DNA of 64,000 bases from NCBI RefSeq assembly GCF_023055435.1, contig NW_025964112.1, forward strand, positions 5,084,001 through 5,148,000, given 5' to 3'. The position numbers were made by a program, and so were the translations under genes. This stretch comes from Haliotis rufescens (taxonomy: Eukaryota). Position 1 is the first letter of the stretch, and every line of letters starts with the position of its first letter. The notes below the pieces were generated by a model. It was not told the origin of the DNA, made no database searches, and saw nothing but the letters and a program-made list of their open reading frames with translations. Below, one piece after another: positions 13,013 to 25,951 of this stretch.

Positions 13013-14130
13013 TTGTTGAGTGAGTGAATGAGTGAATGAGTGAGTGAGTAAATGAGTTGGGTTCTGGTACACCTGGCATGTCAAAGGGACATAACTCTGC
13101 CAAGTGAAAAGTGACTCCTTAGAAGACTGGTGCATTGATCATAATATATTAGTGGTGTTCCATTGACAAAAATTAACACTTAAATTACAAAAATAGATTA
13201 ATAAAAAAATATTCCACTACAAATACTCCATCAACAATAGTCCTGGTGCAGCTGTTACATACAACATGAATTTTTACCACACATTTTAGTGCTCACCAGA
13301 ACATGTGTCGCACAGGAAAAACATAGTACCGATATGCAGGTCGTTTGCCAGTCTCAACGAAGTCACTAGTTCTGTTAGTGAAGCTATGGTTTGCCATCAC
13401 TCTCAAGATAACTCTCAATTTTACATGTATTTGAAAGAATATTTCACAGTGCTACATGACATGAAAATAAATGTATTTTGTTTCGAGTCTGTTTGAAAAC
13501 AACTGGATCATACACTAAATACCCTGTAGTCATTTAAAATCTATTGAGTTCAAGTTGAATAAATGGACACAAACTGATGGGTATTAGTAAAGTTCGATCC
13601 GCTCTGTGAACAGTGACTTTTCCCCACAAGTGCAGCAAATACACAAGAAACTTCATATTTTGAGTTCATTGCTCAAAACCTTATATTTTAACTACAACAT
13701 ACCTTAAGTCTTGGTTGAACTAACTGAACAAATGTTTCATTGGCTGCAAGTATAATGTTGCCCTGCCTGAGACGCTGCACACAACCAACAGTTTAGTGTT
13801 TCATCATCAGATCAGTTGTGCATGCACAGCTGATGTGCCTATCAATTTCACTGGAATCCAAGCACAAATGTTTACAAGAAATATTGATCATCAAGACATA
13901 CGATTTTGTCATGAACTTTTCGCTCAGCTCTATAATACAACCAATGCACGTCACACTTTCATGTAAACATAATTAATATTTTGTGTGTTTCTGTTTGATA
14001 TCATTTAGACTGATAAACAGTGACCATGGAAGACATATTAAGACATATTTAGTAATGTGCAGTTTGAGACAGAGTGTCAGAATAAGACCAATAAGGCCAT
14101 TGTGCTCGGACAATGAAGTTCCATGATGTA

Positions 14131-14336
14131 CTACCAAAAGAAGTTAAAGAACACTTGATTATTATTACTATCGTTAGTCTGTCATGCCAATTCCAAGACT
14201 TACAAACAATCAGAGAAACTTTAGCATGACTGCACGGTGCTGGTGACCTGGTATCTCTGCTGAAATCTGTAGATGGTTCTCGTGGACAACTACGGTATTA
14301 TGAAGAATCAGGTGTTCTTTAACTTCTTTTGAGTAG
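14131..14336. mobile_element. Tc1/mariner-type MITE
   Basis: TIRs ctaccaaaagaagttaaagaacacttgatt and aatcaggtgttctttaacttcttttgagtag, TA on both sides. Confidence 0.8.
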
Positions 14337-14622
14337 TATATTAGTATATGTTGATGAGGTTTCATTGATGAAAGGCAATGACATAATTTAGCCTTAAGTA
14401 CACTGACATGTCATGTTCATTAAATAAACCATGTTAACGTCCATTACCATGATTTCGGTATCAGGATATGACTAACCAGTAAACTATAGGAGATGCTTTC
14501 AAGTATAAAATATAAACAAGGCTTTTTTCAGGCCCTAATGTACATCCAGTCATGCAGCGACGTACAGAAAGTGTTTGGTCGCTGTGCCATCTGTGCCACA
14601 GGTACTGTTAGAAACTGCATAG

Positions 14623-14901
14623 TGAGTGAGTGAGTTGGGTTTAACACCGCTTTTAACAGTATTCCAGTTATATCATGGCGTGTCAGCTTAATGTGGAAGG
14701 AAAGCCCGAAGTGATGCGGGTCTCGGACGTTTTCCACTTCGGTGAAATCCACGAGCACGGGTATGGTGCTGGCAAACCTAGAAACATAATCGGGGCGAAC
14801 CGGGATTCAAACCTACAATCATAGGTTTCTGGCGTGCCCAAGGAATGCAACTCTGCACAGCGAATCGCGGCGCCTTAGATGACTGGGCCAACCGTGCCCC
14901 C
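14623..14901 (-). mobile_element. SINE-D, full length
   Basis: 13-bp TSD agaaactgcatag (14610-14622, 14902-14914); A-like and B-like boxes; (ACTC)n tail. Confidence 0.9.
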
Positions 14902-16590
14902 AGAAACTGCATAGAGGCGTATATTGTCACTTGTCACTGCCATGGTCTGGTGACAAGTACATGGTCTTGTACTTCGAACTCCACATGGGTACAACAGGGA
15001 TTTCTAGACAGGTTCAAACATGACTCCGTGGTTTGGGTTACAAATGTGAAACCTTGAGTGAGGGAAAAACCCAAAAGCATTTTCCAACCTTGAGATTTTA
15101 CATTTTCAACCAAAACTGATCAACTTTTATTTTCAACTTCTGAATCTTTTCTTTTCTTATCTAAATGCAAGAATTCCAAAAAGAATAAGAAACATTGGGA
15201 TGCCTTATGGTAAGGCAATAGAGTAGCTTTGGTATGAAACAAATCTGATGACAGCTGGGGAGAGAAAGACCATGTGCAGCATGCACGCAACTGAAGTCAG
15301 ACATATGTGAGACTGAACACCCTTCTCATCACCTGCCTCGGTGGCTGAGTGGTTGCAATACTAAACATGATGTGTGAGGTTGCAGGTTTGATTAACGTCA
15401 TTGAATTTCATGACATGAATCTTTGTAATGTAACACTTCTGTCATGAGAGGGTCTTCAAACTGTTGATATAGATCAGAGGCAGACAGGATCCCAGAAACC
15501 CGGCCAAGCCTATGGAATGCCTGGGATTTCAAGGATCTTGACTTCATTCGATGTTTATCAGAAAAATGAAGGCTCTGAAAAAACAACAGGATGAAGTCAC
15601 TAGAGATTTATGACTAATATTTCAAACTAAAGGCAAATTGGGAAAATTTTGTTATTTGCCTAACAATTGGGATTTTTTCTTTTAATTTTTTAATCTTCAT
15701 TTCAAAGGTATTTTAAAATGCCATCAATGCAATAATGTAAAATACAGCATAATTAGTAAAGCCTCTTTTATTTAAAATTTTGATCTTCTTGAATTAAGAG
15801 GTAAATGGCATTCAATACACTAATGTTAATTAGAACATAATTAGTAAAGCCTCTTTCTTTTTATTGATCCTGTTATCAGTTAAATGCAAGTGTCTTCCTC
15901 CAAGACATCACATTAGTTATAACATATTAACAGGAATTGGTGAACTTCTAATTCCCCTTAGGCAATTTTACTGACATTTGCCACAGACTCGGTGCCAGAT
16001 ATCAGCCTCTGAACTGTCTAGATAAATCCCTGTCCAACGTGTGAAGCTCTGTGTGATGGTGTTGTGGGAATATTGGTAGAAGCTGTGTCAACCCATACTC
16101 CCTCACTCACTCACTGTTCTGACACTTCACCCTTCACATTTATATCCCCTTCACATCCATGGATGTATTCATACACTCAAGGATATTAGCACACATGTTG
16201 GTATTTGTTTGTAGTGTTTCTTTTTCCTTTACTTTGGTTTTTCAATCATCAATAAAACAAATCTCTCACAGCTCTACAATACAATACCATCAAATGTTTT
16301 CCATTTTTAATATTCGAATTGACTGAGAATACCTTATATGCTCCAAATGGATGTTATTATTTAGATTACAGGTGATAACAGCTCACCTAACACAATTGAC
16401 ATTACGCATACACTGGTGTCCGCTGTCCATGGAAATATATGTTGATGATATTTCATCGTGATGATGACATATTCAAAGTGGTCTTTTCAGGAATGAAGGT
16501 AGGATCACAACAATATCACACTGTCATGCATGAGTCAGTCATAACACCAGACCTCAAACATTTCAATTTCTTACCTAAATTGAACATAAA

Positions 16591-17184
16591 GGATATTTCT
16601 CCCTGAACAGTGTGTTACATAGGACGTTTTCCCTGAACAGTGTGTTACATATGACATTTTCCCTCAACAGTGTGTTACATAGGACGTTCTCCCTCAACAG
16701 TGAGTTACATAGGACATTCTCCCTCAACAATCCGTTACATAGGACGTTCTCCCTCAACAGTGTGTTACATAGGACGTTCTCCCTCAACAGTGTGTTACAT
16801 AGGACGTTCTCCCTCAACAGTGTGTTACATAGGACGTTCTCCCTCAACAGTGTGTTACATAGGACATTCTCCCTCAACAGTGTTACATAGGACGTTTTCC
16901 CTCAACAGTGTGTTACATAGGACGTTCTCCCTCAACAGTGAGTTACATAGGACGTTCTCCCTCAAGAGTGTGTTACAAAGAACTTCTCCCTCAACAGTGT
17001 GCTACAAAGAACTTCTCCCTCAACAGTATGTTACATAGGACGTTCTCCCTCAACAGTGTGTTACATAGGACGTTCTCCCTCAACAGTGTGTTACATAGGA
17101 CGTTCTCCCTCAACAGTGTGTTACATAGGACGTTCTCCCTCAACAGTGTGTTACATAGGACATTCTCCCCAATCAGTGTGTTAT
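16591..17184. repeat. 30-bp minisatellite, about 20 copies
   Basis: Unit tctccctcaacagtgtgttacataggacgt. Confidence 0.97.
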
Positions 17185-17684
17185 AAATTACATAAGATGT
17201 TGTCCCTGAGTTCCATATGGGTACAAAGCATACAAAGAAAACAAATCACTGACAGCAGTAGTCCAAACAAACTCTAAGGCCTTATATAGTTCCCTTCTTT
17301 AATGCTGACAGGGCCCTGAATGGATAATTCAAACAGGGCAGTAATTACACACAGGGGGAATTTAGAAATAATCAAGCCATCATTTGAAGCATTTGTTTTA
17401 AAAGCCTACATTTTGATCAGTTTTACATTTAAGTTGGTCCTGCAGTCCATTTCATGGTCTAATTGTTGTAGAATATTTCCACACGCTACCAGTCCCTGAC
17501 AAGAACACACATGTCTGACTGAGCACTCCCGTATCAACAGTCACACAAGGAATAAACAATAAATATACAATGTCAAAAACACAACACAAATAAAGTATTG
17601 AACCATGACAATTCTTAATATATATATGTATCAAGTATATATCACAAAATATGAAGTAGATATTATAAATTACCAAGTAAATAT

Positions 17685-18932
17685 ATCACAAATACCAAGT
17701 ATAGGCCATATCACAAATACCAAGTATCTATATAACAAGTACCAGGTATCTATATAACAAATACCCAGTATCTATATAACAAGGACCAGGTATCTATATA
17801 AAGAATACCAAGTGTCTATAAAACAAATACCCAGTATCAATATAACAAATACTGAGTATCTATATAACAAATACCCAGTATCTACATAACAAATACCCAG
17901 TATCTTTATAACAAGGACCAGGTATCTATATAACAAATACCCAGTATCTATAAAACAAATACCCAGCAACTATATAACAAATACCCAGCAACTATATAAC
18001 AAATACCCAGCATCTATATAACAAATACCCAGCATCTATATAACAAATACCCAGTATCAATATAACAAATACCCAGCAACTATATAACAAATACCCAGTA
18101 TCAATATAACAAATATCCAGTATCAATATAACAAATACCCAGCAACTATATAACAAATACCAAGTATCTATATAACAAGGACCAGGTATCTATATAAAGA
18201 ATACCAAGTGTCTATAAAACAAATACCCAGTATCAATATAACAAATACTGAGTATCTATATAACAAATACCCAGTATCTACATAACAAATACCCAGTATC
18301 TTTATAACAAGGACCAGGTATCTATATAACAAATACCCAGTATCTATAAAACAAATACCCAGCAACTATATAACAAATACCCAGCAACTATATAACAAAT
18401 ACCCAGCATCTATATAACAAATACCCAGCATCTATATAACAAATACCCAGTATCAATATAACAAATACCCAGCAACTATATAACAAATACCCAGTATCAA
18501 TATAACAAATACCCAGTATCAATATAACAAATACCCAGCAACTATATAACAAATACCCAGTATCTATATAACAAGGACCAGGTATCTATATAACAAATAC
18601 CCAGAATCTATAAAACAAATACCCAGCAACTATATAACAAATACCCAGCAACTATATAACAAATACCCAGCATCTATATAACAAATACCCAGCATCTATA
18701 TAACAAATACCCAGTATCAATATAACAAATACCCAGCAACTATATAACAAATACCCAGTATCAATATAACAAATACCCAGTATCAATATAACAAATACCC
18801 AGCACCTATATAACAAATACCCAGTATCTGTAAAACAGATACCCAGATTCAACATAACAAATACTCAGTATTTATATAACAAATACCCAGTATCTATAGA
18901 ACAAGAACCAGGTATCTATGTAACAAATACCC
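17685..18932. repeat. 22-bp minisatellite, about 56 copies, with a 396-bp higher-order duplication
   Basis: Unit tataacaaatacccagtatcta; identical ORF translations at 17772 and 18168 (396 = 18 x 22). Confidence 0.97.
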
Positions 18933-21466
18933 ATTATATAAATATATATATTGTAACTCCCAATTGTACATGACAATAATAGCTACAAGTGACCAAGGGA
19001 CAGTTACATACACTGACATGCTGTTACAATAAAGAGGGGAACACATGTTAAACACAGTATACTTACTGAAATGTCACTGTCATTGAAGCTGTCGAATGGC
19101 CAACACTTGTCGGACAATCCCCTCTAGGCCGCCCCTCTCAGAGTACACTGTGGTATCATTCACTGATACAATCAGATCAAATTGCCACTGATCGCAAGCA
19201 CCCCAAGTTGTGCAAGATAATTATATCCTGTCAAATCTCGTCACACATCAAGAGCTGTAACTTCCATGTTTGTTTAGCAGCATTTACTATTCACAAAGAT
19301 TGCAAAACATTTTCAGCTGTGTGTATTTGTCGCAATCCCATGTCAACTGTGCTGCTAATATGAAAAAATTGTGTCACAATTAAACATTTGTTTGTTTTTG
19401 TCACCTATGAAAATACTAATGAATCTTATTTATCTTGACCATACGATCAAACATTAATAAACTTGAAAATGTATACTTCTTGAAGCTTTTTACTACACAG
19501 TACAGTTAAACACCATCCAAAAGTAGTCACTGGAAAGTGTTAGTACTTGACTCCATGGAAGCAGCCATGTAACTCCGGTGTGACAGATACACATATGTAT
19601 GTCTACAACTACCCTCCTCTCTCTAGTAGTCTCAATACTGAACGAGGAGCATCTGGAATCACATCACCACAGACTAGAGCTCCACCGTACGGAGGAGAGA
19701 GCCTGTCACTGTGGAGGCAGCTTGAAGCTCATTGACTCCCATTAGATCTATACAGCTCCCTAGTTGTCCAATGCTCATCCAAGAAGCTGTGCTGAGCGTG
19801 CTCAGTGCCATAAGCTTTCGAAGGTTTGGACATCAACGATTACTTTAACGAGCACAGCAACAAATGATGTGATTGCCCCCGTAGTTTCAATAGTGACAAT
19901 GCAGTCGAGTAGCATAGCAGACCTTTTAACTGACGCTAATATAGCGGATCAGCGCTTGAGGCATATGCCACACAACGGAAGATAATCCCTGTTTTGATCG
20001 GCACGAAACACGGTCATGCAACGATGCTTCAAGTGTGAAGCCTCATGCTTATCAAAGCCTGCTGGTATCGTGTGTTAGAGTGAGTTACATTGTCACACTA
20101 TTTTACAAACATTCCTTAACACACTTAGCTAAATCAATTAACTAATGATGTGTTAATAAGCTGTGTCATTAAGATTTAAACATTTACTGCAAGCAGCTTC
20201 AGTTGACTGAAAATATTGTAAGCTACCATGGATTAATGATGAGGGCTGCACATGCTGTACTGGCAGGATGTATTTAATACATGAACATTATCTTGTGGAA
20301 TAATATGCATGTCTCTTTACCAGAAAATAATACCAACAATTTGATCCTGTTTTCTTCAAAGTAATTCATTCTTGCATCTGTTATACGAATATTTCCTAAT
20401 CATGTTAGGGAGATCACAAATTGGATGATATTTCTCACCGCCATGTTTTTATTTTACAACCTGTTGCAGAAATTGTTACTTGGTAATGTTGCCGGCGCCA
20501 TGAGCGTATTAGCTCCACTATTAGACTTTCTGCTTTCCTCGCATACTTTTCCGGTACCCCATCATGCTGAAACCCACACATGAATCCAATCTAATAATGC
20601 TTCGACTTGCCAAAGACACCATTTTTCACCCAGGATGCAATATTCGCATTCCATATACATCAAAACAGTAACCTAGGGAACCATGACAAAACACCTTTTG
20701 AGCATGTTTATTTCTCCGATGTGGTTTTCCACTTACACCAACTGCACAACAAACTACCATCCTGAACACTGCAGTCATTCAAAAGCTTGTTTCCATCAGG
20801 TGACTGTTTTCAGCAAATGCTGCTATTTGCCTTATGACAACAAAGCAAAGCTACTTATTTTCCTAAGAATAATGAGTTTTTCTGTCGATGCCACAAACTG
20901 AAAATGTTATCATGACATCTTAATAAAGCATATATCAAACATCAGCCACACTTTCATGATGAAGGATATTATTAATTAAAAATTCGGGCTGATATTTGAA
21001 GCAACATATCAACAAACTTAACCATGAAGAAAATGTCAATTTTTTCATTCTTAAAAAATCGAAATGGAAAACAAAGGACTTTGAAGCAACCTAATGTTTG
21101 TCTTAAACAGAAAACAATAACCTCATTATGAAGAAAAAAATATCAATTTTCTCATTCTGAAAACTTCCAACTGGAATTCCAATCTAATGTTTGCTAATCT
21201 ACTTGAGCTACTGATACTATTAAATAGATCAATAGCTTAAGTACAAGTACACACACTGAAAGGGATTCAGTACAAGAGGATGTGATATATTGACCAATGT
21301 CCATTCTTATGTTACAGATTGCCTTCCCTAGCTCTGCCTGTACTTTATTGCAATATGCCTACTTGAAGAACCCATCTTATTATTGAGGGAATTTACTTTT
21401 TCTGTAATGTCATTAGTTTTGTCCAGTTCACCCCAGTTGTGTTTCAACCAGGATCAATGACTCAAT

Positions 21467-21655
21467 CAGGAGTCATGATGCCCCCGAGTCTTCTCAACCA
21501 GTTGTTATGATGACCCCGAGTCTTCTCAACCAGTAGTTGCGCTTGACTCCAAGCCTTCCAACCAGGAGTCATAATGACTCCAAGCCTTCCAACCAGGAGT
21601 CATAATGACTCCAAGCCTTCCAACCAGGAGTCATAATGACTCCAAGCCTCCCCAA
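21467..21655. repeat. 31-bp palindromic minisatellite, short array (about 6 copies)
   Basis: Unit ccaggagtcataatgactccaagccttccaa, same family as 23260-24393. Confidence 0.9.
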
Positions 21656-21849
21656 TTTGTTTGGATTCATGATAAAAGTAGTAGCTGAATAATAGTTAAT
21701 GCTCAATATGTTATATACAAAACATACAAAAAGTATAACATCCTGCATATACAAAAGTATAACAGTTATCAACGCTGGTTGATCAATATGACCCTCATAC
21801 ATCAGGAACTTGTACAAAATTAATGTTGCAGAGGAAAAGTGTTGTGTTT

Positions 21850-21994
21850 CAACCCTTCCTCGTGGGTTTCACTGAAGTGGTTAACATCTGAGACCTGCAT
21901 CACTTCAGGCTTTCCTCCCACATCAAGCTGACACATCATTACATAGCTGGAATACACTTCAAAGCGGTGTTAAACCAAACTCACTCACGCACTC
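21850..21994 (+). mobile_element. 5'-truncated SINE-D
   Basis: ctcgtgggtttcactgaagtgg...gagacctgcatcacttc...aagcggtgttaaaccaaactcactc. Confidence 0.8.
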
Positions 21995-22080
21995 GTTAAT
22001 GTTGGAATGATTATTTTTTGAAGATAAAAATGAACTGGTGGCCCGTGTGATTTTAGGTATTGCAATTTTCTGTGCAGACA

Positions 22081-22389
22081 TGCATCCTTTAGTCATGATA
22101 TTACAGAGTTGCATCTTTTAGTCAGAGTATCACAGAGTTGCATCCCTTGGTCATGGTATTACAGAGTTGCATCCCTTAGTCATGGTATTACAGAGTTGCA
22201 TCCCTTAGTCATGGTATTACAGAGTTGCATCCCTTAGTCATGGTATTACAGAGTTGCATCCTTTAGTCATGATATTACAGAGTTGCATCCCTTAGTCATG
22301 GTATTACAGAGTTGCATCCTTTAGTCATGATATTACAGAGTTGCATCCCTTAGTCATGGTATTACAGAGTTTGCATCCCTTTGTCATGG
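22081..22389. repeat. 29-bp minisatellite, about 10 copies
   Basis: Unit gttgcatcccttagtcatggtattacaga. Confidence 0.95.
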
Positions 22390-22549
22390 CCAGGAAGAAT
22401 CTGCTCTTCATGGTAGGCGTCTCCGTTTCACACCACCTAAGATCCTTTGGTGTTTGAATGTGTCATCAAAGTGGCAAACACTCACTTTCAAGGTAATGAC
22501 CATTGAATATTGAGGCATATTTCTAAGTATTAGGTCTTCTCCCTAATGA

Positions 22550-22792
22550 GGGTGGTGGAGTGGTCCAGTGGTTAAAGTGTTCGCCCGTCATGTGGAAGGC
22601 TGGTTTCAAATCCCCACTGAGAACAATGTGTGAAGCCAATTTCTAATGTCCCCCTATCCCTGTGATACTGATGGAATATTGCTAAAACTCACAGAGGGGC
22701 TCACCAAGAATGGGCCTCTCACATTTTACCCAAGGAATCAAAGCCTGCTCTTTGTCATCGTGAGTCAAAACTTTAACCACTGGGCAATACCA
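22550..22792. mobile_element. Two decayed SINE-C copies, tail to tail (+ 22550-22692, - 22695-22792)
   Basis: cagtggttaaagtgttcgcccgtca...ggaatattgctaaaa, then gaatgggcctctcacattttaccc...ctttaaccactggg. Confidence 0.7.
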
Positions 22793-23259
22793 GCTTCCCA
22801 TTGTTGATGTGAAATACTTAGAAGTAACTGTGGTAGTAGTAACTGTAGTATTAGAATTAGTAGTAGTAGTAGTAGTAGTAGTACAAGGGGAACTTGGCTC
22901 ACAACAAAGCCTATTTGCACCCACAAACAATGAATGATCTCCCCTGGTCTTCTGCGGTACAGATTCAATTCTTCTTTCCTCCATTGATTTAAATAGACAT
23001 GGTTGTCTGAGCCAGAACAGTTGTATTGCCTGTTTTATGGACTTTCCATGCAGAGATGCAAGCGGCAAAAGAATTGCAAGGTCTTTATAGCCTTGTATCA
23101 AATTAAAATCAAACGTTATAACATTTATAAAATGACATACTGTAGGGTTTTGTTCAGTGATTTCCCACTGAGGTGTCATGAACTGGAACAGAAGTACTCA
23201 TGAGAGGTTTCAAATGTGAGGAACTGCATATTAATTCCATTATTACTTTCCTGACCTTT

Positions 23260-24393
23260 CCCAACATAGAGTCATCATGACCTCAAGTCTTCTCATCCAG
23301 GAGTCATGATGACCCCGAGTCTTCTCAACCAGGAGTAATGATGACTCCAAGCCTTCCAACCAGGAGTAATGATGACTCCAAGCCTTCCAACCAAGAGTCA
23401 TGATGACTCCAAGCCTTCCAACCAAGAGTCATGATGACTCCAAGCCTTCCAACCAAGAGTCATGATGACTCCAAGCCTTCCAACCAGGAGTAATGATGAC
23501 TCCAAGCCTTCCAACCAGGAGTCATGATGACTCCAAGCCTTCCAACCAGGAGTAATGACTCCAAGCCTTCCAACCAAGAGTCATGATGACTCCAAGCCTT
23601 CCAACCAGGAGTCATGATGACTCCAAGCCTTCCAACCAGGAGTCATGATGACTCCAAGCCTTCCAACCAGGAGTCATGATGACTCCAAGCCTTCCAACCA
23701 AGAGTCATGATGACTCCAAGCCTTCCAACCAGGAGTAATGATGACTCCAAGCCTTCCAACCAGGAGTCATGATGACTCCAAGCCTTCCAACCAGGAGTAA
23801 TGATGACTCCAAGCCTTCCAACGAGGAGTCATAATGACCCCAAGCCTTCCAACCAGGAGTAATGATGACTCCAAGCCTTCAAACCAGGAGTCATAATGAC
23901 CCCAAGTATTCTCAACCAGGAGTAATGATGACTCCAAGCCTTCCAACCAAGAGTCATGATGACTCCAAGCCTTCCAACCAAGAGTCATGATGACTCCAAG
24001 CCTTCCAACCAGGAGTAATGATGACTCCAAGCCTTCCAACCAGGAGTCATAATGACCCCAAGCCTTCCAACCAGGAGTAATGATGACTCCAAGCCTTCAA
24101 ACCAGGAGTCATAATGACCCCAAGTATTCTCAACCAGGAGTAATGATGACTCCAAGCCTTCCAACCAAGAGTCATGATGACTCCAAGCCTTCCAACCAGG
24201 AGTCATGATGACTCCAAGCCTTCCAACCAGGAGTCATAATGACCCCAAGCCTTCCAACCAGGAGTAATGATGACTCCAAGCCTTCAAACCAGGAGTCATA
24301 ATGACCCCAAGTATTCTCAACCAGGAGTAATGATGACTCCAAGCCTTCAAACCAGGAGTCATGATGACTCCAAGCCTTCCATCAAGGAGTCAT
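23260..24393. repeat. 31-bp palindromic minisatellite, about 36 copies
   Basis: Unit ccaggagtcatgatgactccaagccttccaa; GGAGTCA-tga-TGACTCC inverted repeat in most units. Confidence 0.97.
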
Positions 24394-25489
24394 CCACAGT
24401 TATCAACGTTGGTTGATCAATATGACCACATTTGGAAGGCTGTGTGTTGCAATACCCACCAGCCATGATAAACTGACTGGAGTAAAGAGTAAAAGAACAC
24501 CCAATTTTTTCATGTGAGTAAAATATATTCTCTATTCCAATGACATGAAAGACAAATAATTTGTCTTACATCTGAAAAGATTTGGTGAAACTAAAATCAA
24601 CGGAAAAGAGATAACATTTTGTAACATTGACATGTCTGTCTTAACACAGTAAGTCAGGTGATAAACTACACATGACTGAGACAAAGGATACTGATGAGGT
24701 TTAATGCCCTGGTAACAGAGGAACATTTCCTTTATGAACAAATTTTCAATGTACCCTTTAAAGGAACAATCATAACGAAGGCCCCAACACAAACTGTGAA
24801 GAGCCAGCCTTGGCAGAACATGGCGACCCTAACATCCCCCGCCCCCATAGTCATCAATACCATGGCTTGATGAACGTAATGACACATAATTAGTGTTGAG
24901 GAAGTGTCACATAAATAGGTCTGGACGAAGTGGGTCAGAAGCAGTTTAACAGCTCTCTGTGGTCTGATGCAGGACTACCTAGTGCAACAGGTGCTTCAGC
25001 TTCAGCCAGAGATACCAGTATTGAGTGACTGGGGTCTCATTTCCTTGTCAGCAATATTTCAGCGATGTCCCTGCAGCCTTGATGGATGTAAGTGGATCTG
25101 GACCAGCAGAACCGATATGTCAACTGATAATTTGTCGGGGGAGGACCATCTTGGCAGGACATTACTGCACAGATTTAACTAGGATTGCAAAGTAAGTGCA
25201 GTAGCAGACAAATTGGGAAGATATCATGACATTGTTTCAAATTGAATCTTTTAGTTAATATTTTCGTAAATTCTGAGGTAATGCGCGAAAAAAATATTCA
25301 AATTTGGCAAGTATACAATTAAGCATTATGCATAAGATTAATATGTTTAGAAATATCCTATCAATTCAAAAAAGTTGCTAAACTGTTAAATGAAAGAAAT
25401 ATTCCAATACTAACCAGTTGTGCCCCAATCCTTGTTGATCTGTTTCTTTATGCAGATTCAGAGTCAGAATTTCTGCTTGGGTTGGCAAA

Positions 25490-25646
25490 ATCAATTCAAC
25501 TTTAACTTAAGCTTCAGATATATTGAGGATCTGAAATTGTTCAATAATGGTCAAATAGCCAATTCCCTTCCACCAATTTACCCATCTGAGCTGGAAATAA
25601 AAGAGAGCAGTGAAACTGCCTCATCTGTTTGACATTTGCATAAAGA
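25490..25646 (+). pseudogene. Penelope-like element reverse transcriptase fragment
   Basis: FNLSFRYIEDL..FNN....LPPIYPSELEIKES.ETASS resembles the PLE RT region FNFTFRYIDD..S.NN...IYP.ELEIK; catalytic DD decayed to ED. Confidence 0.75.
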
Positions 25647-25691
25647 TCACAGTGACAAGGACTTTCCACAGTCGGGGCGGTGTATAGCATG

Positions 25692-25951
25692 TTTTGTTTG
25701 TTTCTTTGTTGTTTAACGCCACAATCAACAATATTCCAGCTATATGATGACTGTGTAAATAATCGTGCCTGGACCAGACAATCCAGTGATTGACATCATG
25801 AGCATCGATCTACGCAATTGGGATATACGATGACATGCATCAAGCAAGTCAGCAAGTCTGACCACCTAATCCTGTTAGCCGCTTCTTATGACAAGCATAG
25901 TCGCCTTTTATGGCAAGCATGGGTTGCTGAAGACCTATTCTATCCGGGATT
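25692..25951 (-). mobile_element. SINE-B, nearly full length
   Basis: Body and (AAAC)n tail as in 63070; carries the 22-nt internal duplication. Confidence 0.9.

Noticed and set aside
15398-15586. Minus-strand ORF after a good acceptor (ttttttcag)
   Set aside because: No homology recognised and no convincing partner exon.
19067-19130. Minus-strand donor CA|gtaagt with a short open frame
   Set aside because: No good acceptor; all frames close within about 25 codons.
23260-24393. CRISPR-like palindromic 31-bp repeats
   Set aside because: Units are head to tail with no unique spacers, there are no cas genes, and the context is eukaryotic. The same applies to the other 28-38 bp arrays.
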